The position numbers and the translations under genes are program-made. Positions 61,096 to 64,000 of a stretch of 64,000 nucleotides of DNA are shown here, piece by piece. Each line of letters opens with the position of its first letter. Position 1 is the first letter of the stretch. The notes below the pieces were generated by a model. That model was not told the origin of the DNA. It did not search any database and was given only the letters and a program-made list of their open reading frames with translations. Source of the stretch: Lama glama (lineage: Eukaryota); contig CM052851.1 of NCBI GenBank assembly GCA_028534125.1, positions 1,674,001-1,738,000 of the forward strand, written 5' to 3'.

Positions 61096-61179
61096 GGGAG
61101 GGAGGGAGGGAGGGACGGACAGAAAGAGGAAGGAAGGGAGGGAGAGAAAAGGAAAACGAAAAAAGAGAAGGAAAGAAAG
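61096..61179 (+). repeat. (GGGA)5 followed by a polypurine tract
   Basis: Seen directly; ~84 nt of almost pure purine. Confidence 0.9.
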
Positions 61180-63124
61180 CGCAACCACCGTGAGAAGCAC
61201 CTTGGCTCCTTGGGCTGGGCTGCCTGCGCCTGGCGCTCAGGACCGGGAGGCAGTGCCGCCGCCTAACAGCTTTCACAGCAGGGACGCCCTGCCCTTCGCC
61301 TGTGTGGGCCCCTGAACTGCTCTCTGAGTCTCCGAAGCCGAGGCCCCGTGTTTAGCTATGGTTGAGAAAGCACCTTAGCGAAAGGGTCCCCGGGTTCAGA
61401 GGGCCTGCCCCCAGGACCCCAGGCCAGTTTTGCCCTTGCCCCTTCCCAGACGCTCCCCCACAAGGCCGAGCGCCCCGGGCTCCGGACTGCACGGCTGGTT
61501 TCCCACGTCCCCAGCCGAGGGGGGTCTGGGGGAGGCGGGGGGTTGCTGGCCTCTCTGAAACTGGGCAGCTTGCGCAAACGCTGCCTCCCCTGCCCCAAGT
61601 GCCGGTCACCTGCCCGGTTAATCATCCTGGGGCCCTGAGGGTCAAGGAGAGGCGGGAGGCCCACTCCTCGCTTCTCAGATTCTGCTGAACTGACTGAAAC
61701 CCTAACCTTCGGGCTTCCCCACTAATTTGTGATAAGGCCTCGCCAAGAAAAACAGCAGGCGAAAGACCCCTGATTCCTCCACGAATTCCAGAGCGCTTGG
61801 TTCACTGTAGCGGGGAAGGGGCCCCAAGGCGGTTGTGCATGCACAGCCACCTCTGTGTAGGTGCAGGGCTGGGGACGGCCTCTCGGGAGCGGCTAAGGAG
61901 GACCACCTGCCCGCTCCGAGGAGATTGCTTCCAGCTGGCGGGGGCAGGAGGCCAGGGTGGGTCCCGCGGTGGCTTAGGCTGGGCTGCAATGCTCACGTGA
62001 TGTGTGTGTGGACGTGGCCAGCTCGGGGGGGGTGCATGTGGAGGCTCGTCCACCCCGGCTCCAGACCTGAGGGCCCCAGATGGATTCGGGGGGCCCGCCA
62101 GCGCCTTGAGCCTGGGAGGCAGTGGTGCCTCTGAGTGAGGGACAGGGTCTTCCTGGAGGTGAGCCTCAGGCCAGCAACAGGCTTTCACAGGGCCCAGACA
62201 CCCCACAGGAGGTGGCCACTGCACCCTCGGAACCGGGGAATCTGAGGCCTGGGGCAGAGAAGCGACCCGCTCCAGGTCAGTCACTTCCCAGCCCCACCCT
62301 ACTGTGATCCGTGTGACAGGGTGGTGGCTGCCAGGAGCCCAGAGGGGCTCTGGGTGGGACTGTGGTGATGAGCCTGTGGACCGAGGCCAGAGATGGCCAA
62401 GGCCCGTTCCCTGCAGGGAGGAACATTTTTCTATATTTCTTCCCCAAGTCACATTGTGTCTGTGTTGGCCTGAATAGCAGCTGACTTCAACAGTGACAAG
62501 TGGGACGTTGCAGCACCGGCTAGCCTGCCTTCCCCCAGAACACGCCCCTCCCTCAGCACAGCGGGCAGCTGCCCTGCTCTGGGCAGAGGGGGCACCCCTC
62601 CCTCCTGCTGTCCCAGCCCCAGGGTCAGCTCTGCCCGTCTGGGGGCTCAGGAAGAGCACCCAGGCCCTCCCCACCAGCTCCCAGCAGACATCCCTGCGAG
62701 ACAGACACGGTCACCCCCACACACTGGGCTCCCCGCACCCTGCCCCCAGGCGGGGGTTAGCCTGAACATGGAGGTCAGTGGGGGGCAGGGGACATGTGAG
62801 CCACTCGTTTGGGGGCTCTGGCTCTGTGCTCCCAGCTCCCATCCCCAAGCAGGTCCTACCAAACCCTGTGTTGGTCTGTAAAACATCCTGGCAGAAAAGC
62901 CTGTGCCTGCCTTCTGCTCTGTTGGGTTTGTTTCAAATTCTGAAGCCCAGTAACCCTCCGCCCAAGTCCGAGCAAGGCAGTCATTATACACTAGACTCCA
63001 AGAAGGACGGTGGGCCCCCAGGACAGCAGGGTTCTGGAGCAGCGGGGGGCTTCCAAGTGTCCATGCCTGCAGATGCTGGGGGTGAGAAGGCCACCTGGGG
63101 GATGCAGGGGGCTCTGGGCAGACA

Positions 63125-63235
63125 CACAGGATCTGAATCCTAGCTGGCCAGGACCTGGGGGCTCACAGCTTCTCTGAGGTTCCGTTTCCTTATCTGTAAA
63201 GTGGAGATAATGCAGGGTAACTGTGTAGGGGACAG
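63125..63235 (+). mobile_element. MIR fragment
   Basis: TCTGAATCCTAGCT...CTTCTCTGAGGTTCCGTTTCCTTATCTGTAAAGTGGAGATAAT. Confidence 0.75.
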
Positions 63236-64000
63236 GACTCCACGGAAAGCAGACGCACTTTGGGATTATCCATGTGTGGGCGGGGTGTTGGGAGCCATGG
63301 GGCCTCCTGCAGGAATCCGGGGCTAATGTCCCTGCAGCAGTCCTGCCCTGACTCAGGGTTGGGTGCGGGATGGGGGAGGGGGCCGGAGAGCAAAGGTCGA
63401 GTAAATAGTTAACCTTGAAGAGAGGAGCAGGGACCCAGGATGGGGACCCAGCCAATGGCGAGACCCAGGCCCAACGCGGAAGGCCCAGGAAAGGGGCCTG
63501 GGACGCAGCCTGCTGCGACCAGCCCCCAGGGGCAGAGCGAGCCAGCGGAGGGGCCGTGTGGTCTGGAAGGGTGAAGACAGCATCCAGGATGCAAGGACAC
63601 GCCAGGGAGACACACCTGGCTGAGCCCAGCCCGTGCCTTGTTCCCTCTGTGAAGGGACAGAGACACTGCTGGGCATCACAGTGCAGGCAGAGGGGCTCCC
63701 CACATCCCCTGGGACCCTGCTTTTGTCACGTCCCCTCCCCACGCCTGGGTGCCCTGACTTCCTCCTTGCTCCTGTGTTCCTTCCAGCTCATTCCCGCCCC
63801 GCCTCTGCGTGGGTACCCTTCCGGGTCTTCCAATGGCCCTGCCTCCCCCACTACTCACGCTGGCGTCTCCTCTCCCGGCCCCTCCGCCCTCCGTTCTGCT
63901 TTGACTCTGACTGTGGCTCCGCACAGTCTTCCCGTGTGTCCCCCAACCCCCAGGGTCCGTTGTCTCCTCTGCCTCAGAGGGGAGTACCCTGGGGCTGGAG

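Larger units (their letters stand above)
1895..64000 (+). other. KCNQ1: KCNQ1 large intron hosting KvDMR1 (continues beyond the window)
   Basis: Starts with GTGAGT. The next exon (LREHHRATIKVIRRMQ...) was not seen. The human orthologous intron is >100 kb and contains KvDMR1. Confidence 0.88.

Noticed and set aside
61802-62674. Longest ORF (290 aa, minus strand)
   Set aside because: Low-information composition, no recognisable homology and no supporting gene structure.
117-63924. Hundreds of 60-290 aa ORFs in the six-frame track
   Set aside because: They are Pro/Gly/Ala/Arg-rich, overlap on both strands, often start at non-ATG codons and show no recognisable domains. This is expected noise in GC-rich intronic DNA.
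1-64000. Species assignment; tRNA, rRNA, snoRNA or miRNA genes; processed pseudogenes
   Set aside because: No diagnostic SINE was found for species assignment. I recognised no structured RNA gene or retrocopy, although small ones could be missed without Infernal or BLAST.

Overview
This is eutherian mammalian genomic DNA (GC-rich, draft assembly, one 100-N gap), so nearly all ORFs in the supplied track are spurious. The window is part of the imprinted KCNQ1 locus (Beckwith-Wiedemann IC2 domain). It contains one 121-bp KCNQ1 coding exon at 1774-1894 (+), orthologous to human exon 11 (exon 10 in older numbering), and about 62 kb of the following intron. That intron holds the KvDMR1/IC2 CpG island (~36.9-38.45 kb) and the antisense promoter of the lncRNA KCNQ1OT1. 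The promoter region has five CCAAT boxes and six ZFP57 hexamers, with a predicted TSS near 38100 on the minus strand. The rest is ancient repeats (L1M, L2, MIR, MER20, MLT1, hAT) and candidate intronic enhancers. The core system is known. The most unusual observations are: (1) an old AT-rich L1 apparently rewritten into a CpG island at ~7.6-8.15 kb, with similar GC peaks elsewhere; (2) a near-perfect 51-bp tandem duplication that adds ZFP57 sites next to the KCNQ1OT1 TSS; (3) a 150-bp templated insertion inside an L1; (4) no recognisable young lineage-specific SINE in 64 kb. Repeat family calls and human comparisons come from recalled consensus sequences, not database searches. The species cannot be determined.
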